Positions 1 to 9,531 of a stretch of DNA of 64,000 nt are shown here, piece after piece. The stretch is from positions 34,043 to 98,042 of the IMG/VR virus record IMGVR_UViG_3300020577_010904. One strand, given 5' to 3'. This DNA is from a virus (Duplodnaviria; Caudoviricetes). Below the pieces are notes generated by a model. It searched no databases and had not been told where the DNA came from. It worked only from the letters and a program-made list of their open reading frames with translations. How positions within the stretch are numbered: position 1 is the stretch's first letter; each line of letters begins with the position of its first letter. The translations under genes were made by a program, and so were the position numbers.

Positions 1-309
1 TGTTGCCGACTGGGTCGCGACAACCTGGTTATCTGTCACGATAACAATGTTCAACGGTCTGCCGAGTCTTCGCCGAAGTGCTTTACCCCGAAGAGCTTCG
101 ATTTCCATGAGCGCCTGCAGGTAGGCTTGGAGTTCCGCGACAATGATGTCGCAGGTACTCCAACCAGCCCAGCAGATCGATCGGGCATCAGTTTCACGTT
201 CGACGATCGCACAAGCCCAGCCGCCAGCCATTGTCCAGCCGCCGGTACCTGAGCCATCGCCGACCAACAAAATGTCCCACTCGGGAACTTTCACCATGGC
301 GGTGATCAT
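1..309 (-). CDS. Ribonuclease HI-like protein, 3' end runs off the window (absent from ORF track)
   Basis: Manual translation from ATG 309 (in-frame GTG at 357): MITAMVKVPEWDILLVGDGSGTGGWTMAGGWACAIV...IIVAELQAYLQALME...LNIVIVTDNQVV. The DGS, AEL.A..AL and TD.Q motifs give the first three RNase H acidic residues. Confidence 0.8.
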   Translation of the reverse strand, partial: MITAMVKVPEWDILLVGDGSGTGGWTMAGGWACAIVERETDARSICWAGWSTCDIIVAELQAYLQALMEIEALRGKALRRRLGRPLNIVIVTDNQVVATQSAT

Positions 310-346
310 TTCCGGTGAGACATCAAAACACGCGTTCTTGGGTAGA

Positions 347-928
347 TTAACCGACACCCGAGATCTCTGGCTCCGTTGGTCCTGGCACCCCGACGTTCCG
401 GAGCGCCTCAGCTTCGAACTGGGCTTTCTCGGCTTCACGGGCCAGTTGAATGACGGGTGCCAAAGCCTCTTCGGTCTGGCGCATGGTAGCATAACAGGCA
501 CCATTGATGGCCCTGATCAGGTCCAGTCGGAACCCGATCAGATCTCGTTTGGTCTCGCTGTTCTTTAACGCGATCGCCTTGGAGATCTTGGCGTCTTCAG
601 AGTTCTGTTGATGCACTGGGACCGCCAGGAGGCCGTCCAACTGGGGCGCGGCCTTCAGGATCGCTCCCAGGAGCATTGGGGCCACGTTGTGCCAGGCGTC
701 CGAAGCTGGGATGTCGGGCTGTGCCAGGATCAAATTCATGACCACGGCGCCACGACACCCCATTTTGTTCGTTTCCATGACCGCTGGCATCGCTTGTAGC
801 GACGTGTCCACACACTGGGCGATCACATTCAGGTCCAGAAGCTCGGCGGGCGTTTTACCGGCCGCCTGCTGCTCTGGGGTAGGGGTCGGGTCTGCAATGT
901 CAAACCCGACAAGAGCGAAAACTTGCAT
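347..928 (-). CDS. Hypothetical protein
   Basis: 193-aa ORF tightly packed between minus-strand neighbours. Confidence 0.65.
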   Translation of the reverse strand: MQVFALVGFDIADPTPTPEQQAAGKTPAELLDLNVIAQCVDTSLQAMPAVMETNKMGCRGAVVMNLILAQPDIPASDAWHNVAPMLLGAILKAAPQLDGLLAVPVHQQNSEDAKISKAIALKNSETKRDLIGFRLDLIRAINGACYATMRQTEEALAPVIQLAREAEKAQFEAEALRNVGVPGPTEPEISGVG

Positions 929-938
929 AGGGCGTTCT

Positions 939-1346
939 TTATTCAGAAGTTTTTGGATCCAGGCCGCGTGGTGGCGGCGAACTCAGCACAGAATGAAACG
1001 TAATGGTTGTATCAAAGATGTGGTTGACACTCCACGCGATCGCCGGAATCGCGATACACCATGTGATCCACAGCGGCAGGTGTGGGACCACGAAGACGAT
1101 GAACAACGCACAAACCAATGTTGTCCAGTACGTGAAGCATGTCCGACAACTTAAAACCTTAGCCACCCAGCTCATCGGCGTAAGGAAGTGTAACGGATTC
1201 GCCTCTGATAGGGCTTCCATCCACGCCACGAATTCGATGAACCCGCTGAACGTGAAGTACAGACGGCGAATGCTCATTACCATGACGAGAATCATGAGCA
1301 CTTGAACGCTGAAGTTTAGGAGGTCGGTCGGCACCATTGTCGGCAT
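939..1346 (-). CDS. Membrane protein, DUF1360-like
   Basis: Hydrophobic helices and an L-x-C-x-x-C-x-x-x-W motif (VLSCRTCFTYW). AGGA lies upstream of the ATG. Confidence 0.6.
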   Translation of the reverse strand: MPTMVPTDLLNFSVQVLMILVMVMSIRRLYFTFSGFIEFVAWMEALSEANPLHFLTPMSWVAKVLSCRTCFTYWTTLVCALFIVFVVPHLPLWITWCIAIPAIAWSVNHIFDTTITFHSVLSSPPPRGLDPKTSE

Positions 1347-1563
1347 TGTTAGATTCCTGTTCTTTCGGTTTTGGGAAGAAGACTGCGGAAGCTGGTGGGT
1401 ACATCAGCGTTCCAAGCACCTTGAGCCACAACGAGCCAAGGCGCGGCCAGAGTCGGACCTGCCACATCGGAAGGAAGACGCACTTGAGTAACCAGGCCCA
1501 GAAGATAAAGGCACCGGCACACTCCAAAAGTGTTTTGGCGCTTTGAGTTATACTTGTCAGCAT
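1159..1563 (-). CDS. Possible small membrane protein
   Basis: AGGAG precedes ATG 1563 and the N-terminus is hydrophobic and Trp-rich. The 3' part overlaps the next gene by 188 nt, so the true end is uncertain. Confidence 0.4.
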   Translation of the reverse strand: MLTSITQSAKTLLECAGAFIFWAWLLKCVFLPMWQVRLWPRLGSLWLKVLGTLMYPPASAVFFPKPKEQESNNADNGADRPPKLQRSSAHDSRHGNEHSPSVLHVQRVHRIRGVDGSPIRGESVTLPYADELGG

Positions 1564-1995
1564 CCTGGTCTCCTGGTTAAGGTTAGGCGTCCTGTGGCGG
1601 ACCCCCGTGCGGCCAGATCGTAGTTTCCACACGATCGGGAGGTGGAGATCCTGATTCGCCCAGCGACAACGCGGGCTTCGGGTTCGGGTAACTGAGTGGG
1701 TACTGCAGGATCGGATTGTCCGCGCGCATCCTCGGCGAAGGTGTACGCAAGGTCTCGCGAACGCCTGCGCGTTCCAGAAAGATTCGTGGCGACTGAGAAA
1801 AGATCGTGGTCATGTTTGTATTGGCTCCAATAAAGTCTAAAGCAGCACCCGGCCGATGGCCGGGCACTGACTTCTTAGCGCCGGAAACTCGACTGATGCC
1901 GTTCGTACTGCTTTTCCATGAGCCTTACAGCCTTAGTAGCGTAGGGACTGGGTTCAGGCAACGTAACGGTGAACAGCCATCGGAGAAAGTTTAAC

Positions 1996-3906
1996 ATGGG
2001 ATCCATTCCCTTTGGTAGCTCGGCGCCTAGCGCCGGAAGCAGTATCTTGGGTTCGGACGGCGAACCGCTCGACCCAAACGCAGTGTTCTCGGCAGTCCGA
2101 GAGATGGTTGGCAGAAAGCAGTTGCCCACAATCGAGCCCTTGCTTCCCATCCTTTTGAACATTCGCGGCAAACCATTCAACTTAGACGGTCAGTTTCATT
2201 TTAGCCCTCTCTTTCGCACTCGGCGACCGCAACGCGTACTACTTACTGTCGGTCGCCAGATTGGAAAATCAACAGTCAACGGTGCTGACTGTGTTACCCT
2301 TGCTGGGATTATCCCACACTTTTCAACTCTCTGCATCACCCCGCTCTACGAACAGATCCGACGCTTCTCAACGCTGGTTGTTCGTCCGTTCGTGATGGAG
2401 AGTCCTCTGCGGGATCTTTGGCTGGGCACCAATGTTGAAAGCTCGGTGTTGCAGCGTACGTTCAAAAACGGCTCGAAGATCATGTTTAGCTTCGCGTCGA
2501 TCGATGCGGGCCGTGTCCGCGGGCTGTCGGTCAATCGCTGTTCGATCGACGAAGTGGACGACGTTGAGATCGGTTTGATCGACATCATTCTGGAAACGAT
2601 GTCAGCCGACCGTGTGTATGCTATGGAATTTTATGCCGGTACGCCCAAGGCGACAGATGGCACTCAGGCGAAACTTCAATCTCAGACCAGTCAGGCCGAG
2701 TGGTGGATCCCGTGCATGCACTGCACCACAAATGGTCACCGCACCTGGAACATCCCATCGACCGAGTATCACATCTACAGAATGATTGGAAAACTCCGTA
2801 ATGACATCTCGCCGGAGCGCCCTGGAGTGGTTTGTTACAAATGTGAACAACCGCTGTACCCGCGCATGGGTCACTGGGAGCATCGCTATCCGGAAAAACG
2901 TTGGGACTTCGCAGGTTATCATATCCCACAGCCGATCGTGCCGTTGCACTACGACAATGTAAAGAAGTGGGCTGAACTGTTGCGTAAGCAGCGCACCCGC
3001 TCGGCTTCGGTGTTCGCGAACGAAGTGCTGGCCGAGCCTCGTGATGCCGGCGCCCGTCTGTTGACGCAGCGCGACCTCATGAATGCCTGCCAGCTTCCGT
3101 GGGCCAATAACCCGGACAACCCACCGCCAGAGTTGATGGCCAAGCTCAGCAAGTATCGAACTCGCGTGTTGGCAATCGACTGGGGTGGCGGGGGCGCCAA
3201 GATGCCAGGCAAGACAGAAGCCAGTGTGAGTTACACTGTCTTCGCGCTCCTGGGCTTTTGTGCGGATGGCAGCATTGAAGTTGGCTGGGCCAAGATGCTG
3301 CTCGGGATCGACCACATCGCTGAAGCACATGAGGCCGCCCGCTGGTTTAGGTACTTCGACTGCCATGTCGTCACACACGACTATACCGGTGCCGGTACTG
3401 TCCGCGAGACTTTGCTCAAGCAAGCTGGGCTGCCGCAGAATCGGGACATGCCGATTCAGTACGTGGCCTCAGGACACCAGAACCTGTTGGTGCAGGTGCC
3501 AACGACAGAGACCCACGTGCGGCCACACTGGCGCCTGGATAAGACCAGAAGCTTGCACTACACGATTGCCATGATCCGACTGGGCATGTTGAAGTTCTTC
3601 AAGTACGACAACGTCGATAGCGACAGTCCTGGTCTGGTTGATCACTTCATGCGGCTCGTGGAACATCGGAGCCCGCTGGAGATTGGATCGAGCTATTACA
3701 GTATTCGGTCAAACACGTCGGGACCGGATGACTTCGCTCAAGCTGTGAACATCGGATGCGTCTGTACTTGGGAGATCAATGACGCGTATCCGGATTTTGC
3801 TAACGCCTCGGCGCTGGTGCTGCCTCAGGATGTGTTAGCACAAATTGGCAACATCGACTACGGTTGGGAAAATGATCCAGAACTGAATAATCTTCTCGAC
3901 CTTTGA
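1996..3906 (+). CDS. terL: Terminase large subunit, GpA-like
   Basis: Walker A-like GRQIGKST, Walker B CSIDEVDD, coupling motif GTP, Zn-finger CxxC...CxxC, nuclease AIDWG and C-terminal PDDFAQA. GGAGA precedes ATG 1996. Confidence 0.9.
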   Translation: MGSIPFGSSAPSAGSSILGSDGEPLDPNAVFSAVREMVGRKQLPTIEPLLPILLNIRGKPFNLDGQFHFSPLFRTRRPQRVLLTVGRQIGKSTVNGADCVTLAGIIPHFSTLCITPLYEQIRRFSTLVVRPFVMESPLRDLWLGTNVESSVLQRTFKNGSKIMFSFASIDAGRVRGLSVNRCSIDEVDDVEIGLIDIILETMSADRVYAMEFYAGTPKATDGTQAKLQSQTSQAEWWIPCMHCTTNGHRTWNIPSTEYHIYRMIGKLRNDISPERPGVVCYKCEQPLYPRMGHWEHRYPEKRWDFAGYHIPQPIVPLHYDNVKKWAELLRKQRTRSASVFANEVLAEPRDAGARLLTQRDLMNACQLPWANNPDNPPPELMAKLSKYRTRVLAIDWGGGGAKMPGKTEASVSYTVFALLGFCADGSIEVGWAKMLLGIDHIAEAHEAARWFRYFDCHVVTHDYTGAGTVRETLLKQAGLPQNRDMPIQYVASGHQNLLVQVPTTETHVRPHWRLDKTRSLHYTIAMIRLGMLKFFKYDNVDSDSPGLVDHFMRLVEHRSPLEIGSSYYSIRSNTSGPDDFAQAVNIGCVCTWEINDAYPDFANASALVLPQDVLAQIGNIDYGWENDPELNNLLDL

Positions 3907-3951
3907 GGATGTTGCCCAATTTGTTCTGCTGTAGTACGTGGTCTCAGTCGA

Positions 3952-4092
3952 CTACGACTGAGGCATCGAAGCCTTCGGAGTGCTCTTGGCCTTGGCGGCT
4001 TTGGCCTTCTTGGCAGGAGCCTTGGCCTTGGCGGACTTGGCTGGCTTTGCGCTCTTCGAACTCTTCGCAGCAGGTTTCTTGGTTGCGGCCAT
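3952..4092 (-). CDS. Histone H1-like Lys/Ala-rich small protein (46 aa)
   Basis: MAATKKPAAKSSKSAKPAKSAKAKAPAKKAKAAKAKSTPKASMPQS, with AAGGA upstream of the ATG. Confidence 0.65.
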   Translation of the reverse strand: MAATKKPAAKSSKSAKPAKSAKAKAPAKKAKAAKAKSTPKASMPQS

Positions 4093-4242
4093 GGGACGCT
4101 TTTCCTTGTCTACAGATCGGCTCTGTCGGGCCTTGCCGCACGCGCGGCGGGAACATGCCACTGATCACACACCTGTGTGGGTGGCGGGTTCTCGGTCAAG
4201 ATTAAAAATCTACCGAGTAGTTTTCAACGATCAACCATTGAT

Positions 4243-4797
4243 TTATTCGAAGTCATCAAAACTTTTTCGACGAGATCGACGAGTTGGTCGTGGCTTTTCA
4301 AACTCAGGTTCTGGTTCAATGGGCGCTGGCGCCGGGGCTTCTTCCTCTGGTTCTTCGTCGTCTTCTTGCCTCACGACGGGCGTCGTAACAGGGACTTCGA
4401 TGCACAGCAAATGCGTTGGCATGTTGTCAACGGCTTCATTCCACCAGGCCGCTAATTCGTCAGCGCTGTAAGGTGATGCGGTTTGTTTACCGATAGGACT
4501 GGGCACATCAGAGAGACAGATACGTCCTTTGTCCTTGGGGTCACAGGCATCATTCATGATGCCGGCTAACAAGTTCACGAAGTATTTACTAGCGGCGCTG
4601 CTGGAATCAGGGAAGAACTTATTGATCCAGGTCCAGATATGCTGTTTACCAGGTCGCGGTTCAGTGTAGGGGCAGAAATTTTTGCCTGAGAGCTTTGGTA
4701 ATTCAATCCTGGTGCTTTGAGTCGCAGGTGGATCCATGATGATTAGGCCAAGGACTTCGGCTTTCCATGAAAGTAATAGATCATCGGACATCGCCAA
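4243..4797 (-). CDS. Hypothetical protein with acidic/Pro-rich then basic C-terminal tail
   Basis: 184-aa ORF in the minus-strand run. Confidence 0.6.
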   Translation of the reverse strand: MAMSDDLLLSWKAEVLGLIIMDPPATQSTRIELPKLSGKNFCPYTEPRPGKQHIWTWINKFFPDSSSAASKYFVNLLAGIMNDACDPKDKGRICLSDVPSPIGKQTASPYSADELAAWWNEAVDNMPTHLLCIEVPVTTPVVRQEDDEEPEEEAPAPAPIEPEPEFEKPRPTRRSRRKSFDDFE

Positions 4798-5558
4798 CGG
4801 GCAACATACTCGTCAATCCCGTACGCGATGCCAGCTTCTTCAGATAGGCAGTGATCGAGCACTCCGTGCATGTCCAGTGGAAGAATCTCACCGGGTTCGT
4901 CGTCTTCGGACCAGAGCCGCTTTGCGAGCCCCAGGAGAATACTGGCTGCGGCATAGTGATCAATGGCCGGCGTAGCTCGGCGGCCGAGGTGGAAGTATCG
5001 CGGGTACCAGTCTTCTTGAGAATCTGGTAACGCTTTGAATTTGGGGTACTGCTGGTTTTCCATCTCTACCGTATACCCCCAGTCGGTAAAGATCAGATCG
5101 AATGTGTGCGGATCCATCCAGATGTTCTGTGGACGCAAGTGCCCGTTCACAATGCCGATCCTGGCGCAAACCAACAGGATGTCGAGCATGTTTTGGAAGA
5201 TGTGCGCGATATGGTGTGGCGTGTACGGTAGATCGAACAGTGTGCTGAGCCGTTGGTAGGTCATCGGCACCTGGAACTCTTCATACGTCAGGGCCTGTGG
5301 TAGGTTGTAAGAGAAGCCACGCATTTGGCTGTCAGCGGCTTTGCTCAGCACCCGACCCCACCAGAAGACCTCACCGCGATTACGTTGATGGGTCTTGTTA
5401 TTCCTGGCGGCGCGTCTGACCACCCGATGGTCGTGGAATAAAGATGGCGTTGCACAGAACATGTTGCCATCGAAGGTCCAGTTCTGTGGATCCTCATCAG
5501 GGGCGACCTTTGGACTAAGTAACCCACCCCTGAGCCTCAACGCTCTCCGGCCATTCAT
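4743..5558 (-). CDS. Ser/Thr protein kinase-like protein, degenerate catalytic loop
   Basis: GIVNGHLRPQNIWM (subdomain VIb-like), TDWG (DFG-like), WYP, and TPAIDHYAA (subdomain IX-like). Confidence 0.65.
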   Translation of the reverse strand: MNGRRALRLRGGLLSPKVAPDEDPQNWTFDGNMFCATPSLFHDHRVVRRAARNNKTHQRNRGEVFWWGRVLSKAADSQMRGFSYNLPQALTYEEFQVPMTYQRLSTLFDLPYTPHHIAHIFQNMLDILLVCARIGIVNGHLRPQNIWMDPHTFDLIFTDWGYTVEMENQQYPKFKALPDSQEDWYPRYFHLGRRATPAIDHYAAASILLGLAKRLWSEDDEPGEILPLDMHGVLDHCLSEEAGIAYGIDEYVARWRCPMIYYFHGKPKSLA

Positions 5559-8094
5559 CTTGCACTCCTGGCAAACGCACACGTCGTCGACTAGCTTGGA
5601 TTACTGAATCCCAAACTTCAATTGGTACCGCCCAGATCTCGGCTTCTGGCTGTGTAAGCAACAGCCCGGCGCCGTGGAGATACTGGCCCAAGCGAATCAT
5701 ATCAAAATGGGCGTAGCGACTGATCACTCGAGCAAATCGAGCCGCCTCAAAGTAAACGCGCGCATTGTCAGTTTCAACTGGTACCTTATTGTCCGCCACA
5801 TATTCACTGAAGCCCAGCGGAATGCACTGGATCTTCTCACGACACAACATCAACAGGCGGTACAGCGTATGCCGGGCCAGACGGGGTCCGTAGAAGAACC
5901 GGTGCTGCATGTGCGCTACACCCCCCAGTTGCTTCCACCAGCGGGACATATCCGATAGCACACCGGCAATCACATGCGGTCCTGGCATCAACTTAAAGTC
6001 ACGACGGGCGAGATCCAGAAGATACGCTGGGAGCACGTCGGCGCCGAAGCGTTCCAACATAGCGGTGCTGTGGTCCGACTCGTGAATGTCCACGAGGTCA
6101 CAATCATTGGCGATCATGAGTTCCAGGCCACGCAGATCTGTGCTGGGTCGGTAGATTGAGACAGGTGATTCGTTTGTCAGTAGCGTTGGCAATTGGTTGA
6201 AGTTCGCGTCAGTGAACAGCATGACGGGCCATTTGGCCTGGGCGCTGGCCTGCAGCTGTCGCATCATGTTGTCGCTTGCGCGGAGTGATGCCGTACCCAT
6301 GATGCTGCATCCGGCAAGCTTGGCCGCCAACGGTCCGATCGCGCGAGCCGAATCACCCAATAACATTAAGTTGCGGGGCACCCGGTTGGTTATTGGTGAC
6401 AATACGCTGGCGACCACCTGAGCCAGGACAACCCAGAACGTGCAGGCACCAGAGATATCTGACAGGGCCTGGACGGCCATTGCCGTCATCGGTACTGGTG
6501 TGTGTAGCCGCCCAGGCGGTGTCGTGAGTGGTTCAGACCATTCCTTGACTTCACCGCTTCGATTCAACGACCAATGACTGGTAGCCAACAGGTCGTCTTC
6601 GCGGATCCAGCCGAGCTTCTCTGCCGGGGTGACAATCTCAGGCTTGCCGATAAAAATGGCCAAGCGCAGCATGTACTCACGCCACTTGGGATGCACGTAA
6701 GGTACACCCCAGCCGCGACTGTAGAGTTGCTCACACAACCACTTCTCTGCGTCGGTCTCGAGATCAGCAGCCGGTACGTCAAAGTTGAAGTGTTTGTTCT
6801 TGTAGAGAACTTCACCAATATACCGCTTGTTGGTCCCCATGATGATTTTCTTGATCAGCATGGTTGTGTCAGAGAAACAGATACGCTTTTCTGACAACGG
6901 GCGATGACTGCCAGCAGAGGCCAGCTTAAATGCGATCAGGTTTGGCCCGTCGCGGGAGACTTCGTAGCCAGCGTATTGGATCACGTCAGCGCGGGTATCC
7001 AGAGCGGGCTCAAGCAGTGCCAGGAGTTCTTTCGAAGCAATCTTCTTCAACTCGCCAAGTGCCGCTGGGCTGAGGTTGAGTGCCAGGATGAAGTTTCGGA
7101 CTTCCTCGTCCGCGAGTGTTTTCAGGTATTCAACCAATGGGAATTGCCATGGTCGCGCGGCAGTGTTTAAGGTACGCAATTGGCCGAGGCTCGAGATCGG
7201 GCCTTTAGGCAGTGGTCTGAAGATGCACCAACCTTCACAACTGGCCGCTTCTCGAAAGGCTGCGATCGTGGGCGCCTCTCCCCAGAACACTAATCGACGG
7301 CGCATCTGTCGCCAGGCGAGCCCCAGACCGCCGCGGTTATGGAACCCACACAATGGCAATAACTGCCCGTTTTCCCGAAGGCCTGCAATTTGTAGTTCGA
7401 GTGTGGTCCTGAGATTATCGCAGACGATGACGAACTCACTCGGTGTTGAGTGGGCAACCTCCAGGCCTAGTACGAGGGTATCCTGACTGAAGTCTGTACA
7501 GATCACCCGGGTCTGATCATGACGAATCGCAAAGGCCCCGTGTCGCAAGCCGGGGAACGTGTCCAACGGCATCAATGCGAACTCAGGCCAGTTCTTCGGG
7601 ATGCAACTTCGGACCAGTGGTGCCGCGCCGTAAAAGGTGGACAACAGCTGGTTACGATTTGCCAGGCGAAGCATGTTTCGCCAATGGTCCGGTAACGCCC
7701 GCGGTGCGCCGCCTGGAAGGTACTCAGTGGCACGATACGGCAGTGGTTCAGCACTTTGCCAAAACCGCTCGAAATCGGCTGGTTTTGCTTTGGCGTCATC
7801 GTAACTCTTTGCAAAGGCTTCTGTTAATTCCCCCACACCTTTTAAGATCAATCGATTGACTGTAGCGGCCGTATCAAGTTTCCAAGTTTGTTTAGCCAAC
7901 GCGATCATGTCGTCGGCGAAGAAACATTTGCCGCAATAACCCCAGGCGCCCAGGAGCGGATCGTGATAGACGTGCAACGGGCCTTTATGACATAATGGGC
8001 ACTCGAAGCGGGCGGGCAGGGAATCCCGGTCTGGTGTTAAACCAAGCCCGGCAATAACATTCTGCCAGTTTACGGCGCGGACGTCAGCATTCAT
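5515..8094 (-). CDS. Large primase-like replication protein with N-terminal Zn finger
   Basis: CPLCH...YCGKC followed by DMIALAKQTW resembles a primase zinc-binding domain. The rest is divergent (859 aa). Confidence 0.55.
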   Translation of the reverse strand: MNADVRAVNWQNVIAGLGLTPDRDSLPARFECPLCHKGPLHVYHDPLLGAWGYCGKCFFADDMIALAKQTWKLDTAATVNRLILKGVGELTEAFAKSYDDAKAKPADFERFWQSAEPLPYRATEYLPGGAPRALPDHWRNMLRLANRNQLLSTFYGAAPLVRSCIPKNWPEFALMPLDTFPGLRHGAFAIRHDQTRVICTDFSQDTLVLGLEVAHSTPSEFVIVCDNLRTTLELQIAGLRENGQLLPLCGFHNRGGLGLAWRQMRRRLVFWGEAPTIAAFREAASCEGWCIFRPLPKGPISSLGQLRTLNTAARPWQFPLVEYLKTLADEEVRNFILALNLSPAALGELKKIASKELLALLEPALDTRADVIQYAGYEVSRDGPNLIAFKLASAGSHRPLSEKRICFSDTTMLIKKIIMGTNKRYIGEVLYKNKHFNFDVPAADLETDAEKWLCEQLYSRGWGVPYVHPKWREYMLRLAIFIGKPEIVTPAEKLGWIREDDLLATSHWSLNRSGEVKEWSEPLTTPPGRLHTPVPMTAMAVQALSDISGACTFWVVLAQVVASVLSPITNRVPRNLMLLGDSARAIGPLAAKLAGCSIMGTASLRASDNMMRQLQASAQAKWPVMLFTDANFNQLPTLLTNESPVSIYRPSTDLRGLELMIANDCDLVDIHESDHSTAMLERFGADVLPAYLLDLARRDFKLMPGPHVIAGVLSDMSRWWKQLGGVAHMQHRFFYGPRLARHTLYRLLMLCREKIQCIPLGFSEYVADNKVPVETDNARVYFEAARFARVISRYAHFDMIRLGQYLHGAGLLLTQPEAEIWAVPIEVWDSVIQASRRRVRLPGVQDEWPESVEAQGWVT

Positions 8095-8105
8095 GGAGCC
8101 ATCAC

Positions 8106-9092
8106 ATGTCAGAGCCTAGTTTTGTCAAAACCGCAAGTGCAGACGAGAAGTATGGCAACTCGACCATGCAGCTGCAACTTTTTGCCGATCCGATCCGGCG
8201 CCGGTTTCCGTTCCACACGAAGGCAGCCACTTGGTGCAGCGCGGTGGAACTCGCGAAGCATATTGATGGCAATGACTACGTGGACACGATTAAGGCCGCC
8301 GCAATGATCCATGAGATCGACGCGGAAGTCGACGCAGTTTTAAGTGCGTCCGCCAAAACTATCAAGTACGCGTACCAACATGTTGACGAACAAGGGGTTG
8401 TGCAAAGCTATCTGCCTCTGCGCCATGGTGACGAAATCAAACAGGCCGCAGCCTGGTTGTCTCGCTATCGGGATGGGATTGCCCTAAGTGATCGCCAAAA
8501 GATCGCGGAAGCGATCTTGGATGCGGCAGCTGAACATCACGTGGAATTCGAGCTGAACACTAAACACAACCTGCTCAAGCAGGCTGGTCGTGGTGAATGT
8601 CATGCAGCCTCGCTGGCGAATGCGTTGTTGTCACGAGCAACCCTGCTCGGGGTGAACCCCGAGGCAGGGCCGCTGCGAAAGATTGCATCTGCCGCGAAGG
8701 ATAAAGGCTCGCGTGCGATGCGTATGAAGCTCGCCGCACTGCTGGATCAACTGGACCGCGAGTATGGTTTGACAAAGCACTACGGTGAAGGCCTGCGGCT
8801 GCCCGAAGACGCCTTGTTTGAGTTCACGATGTGTTCCCTCAAGCAGGCCGAAGCGACCGAAGTGCGGTTGCAGACCGGAACTGTGTTCCAGAAGGAAGCA
8901 TTGAGCCGCATCGATCGGCGGGCTGTGCAATCTTGGCTTGGTGATACCTTCGCAGACTCGGTCTACGATATGCAGAACGAGTTGGAAGTCGACCACGTCA
9001 AGCTGGCCCAGGTGATTGAAAAGTTCCCCGTGGACCAGGCTCGACGTTTCGAACAGTGCGCTGCCGCGTGCGGCATCGCACCGATTGCCTAA
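8106..9092 (+). CDS. Hypothetical protein rich in K-x-A motifs, candidate head-associated protein
   Basis: 328-aa ORF filling the gap between minus-strand genes. 12 of 20 Lys are in K-x-A. Confidence 0.75.
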   Translation: MSEPSFVKTASADEKYGNSTMQLQLFADPIRRRFPFHTKAATWCSAVELAKHIDGNDYVDTIKAAAMIHEIDAEVDAVLSASAKTIKYAYQHVDEQGVVQSYLPLRHGDEIKQAAAWLSRYRDGIALSDRQKIAEAILDAAAEHHVEFELNTKHNLLKQAGRGECHAASLANALLSRATLLGVNPEAGPLRKIASAAKDKGSRAMRMKLAALLDQLDREYGLTKHYGEGLRLPEDALFEFTMCSLKQAEATEVRLQTGTVFQKEALSRIDRRAVQSWLGDTFADSVYDMQNELEVDHVKLAQVIEKFPVDQARRFEQCAAACGIAPIA

Positions 9093-9520
9093 GTGTTCAA
9101 GGCTTCGCACAACCTGTCCAGCGTTTCCACACTGGGCAGGTCGTACGCGTCAAAGTGCGACTCCATGATACCTTGAGGCACGTCGTCCTTTTCCAGATGC
9201 AACTGCAATGATCGCAGTGCGGCCAACACGATGTTCCGCCCGGTGTGTGACAAACTTCTGTTGGCTTCTGCAACCTTGAAAGCTGCCCGCATGGCTACCA
9301 CGTTACCGTTGGTAGGTTGACTGTGCGGGCACACCTGCAACCGATGAGCCATAACAGGCGGCCCCATGTCGCTTTGAGCTATGACCGTTGAGAGTGGTGT
9401 GGGCTGCATATCATTATCCCAGTCAAGAACCCAGGCTTCGGAGCCGAGGTTGATTTCTGAGAACAAATTCAGCTGGCCATCTCGTTTCGTGATCAAGACA
9501 AGTGGTCGATCTGGAACCAT
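9089..9520 (-). CDS. Hypothetical protein
   Basis: 143-aa ORF with AAGGA upstream, last gene of the 16.4-9.1 kb run. Confidence 0.65.
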   Translation of the reverse strand: MVPDRPLVLITKRDGQLNLFSEINLGSEAWVLDWDNDMQPTPLSTVIAQSDMGPPVMAHRLQVCPHSQPTNGNVVAMRAAFKVAEANRSLSHTGRNIVLAALRSLQLHLEKDDVPQGIMESHFDAYDLPSVETLDRLCEALNT

Positions 9521-9531
9521 AACGGTCGTCC

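Noticed and set aside
1583-1997. Short minus-strand ORFs upstream of terL
   Set aside because: No motifs, weak starts and overlap with the terminase start region, so they cannot be supported.
4140-4220. Small hairpins and a possible promoter upstream of the H1-like gene
   Set aside because: The stems are short and imperfect with no U tract, and the -10 spacing is poor.
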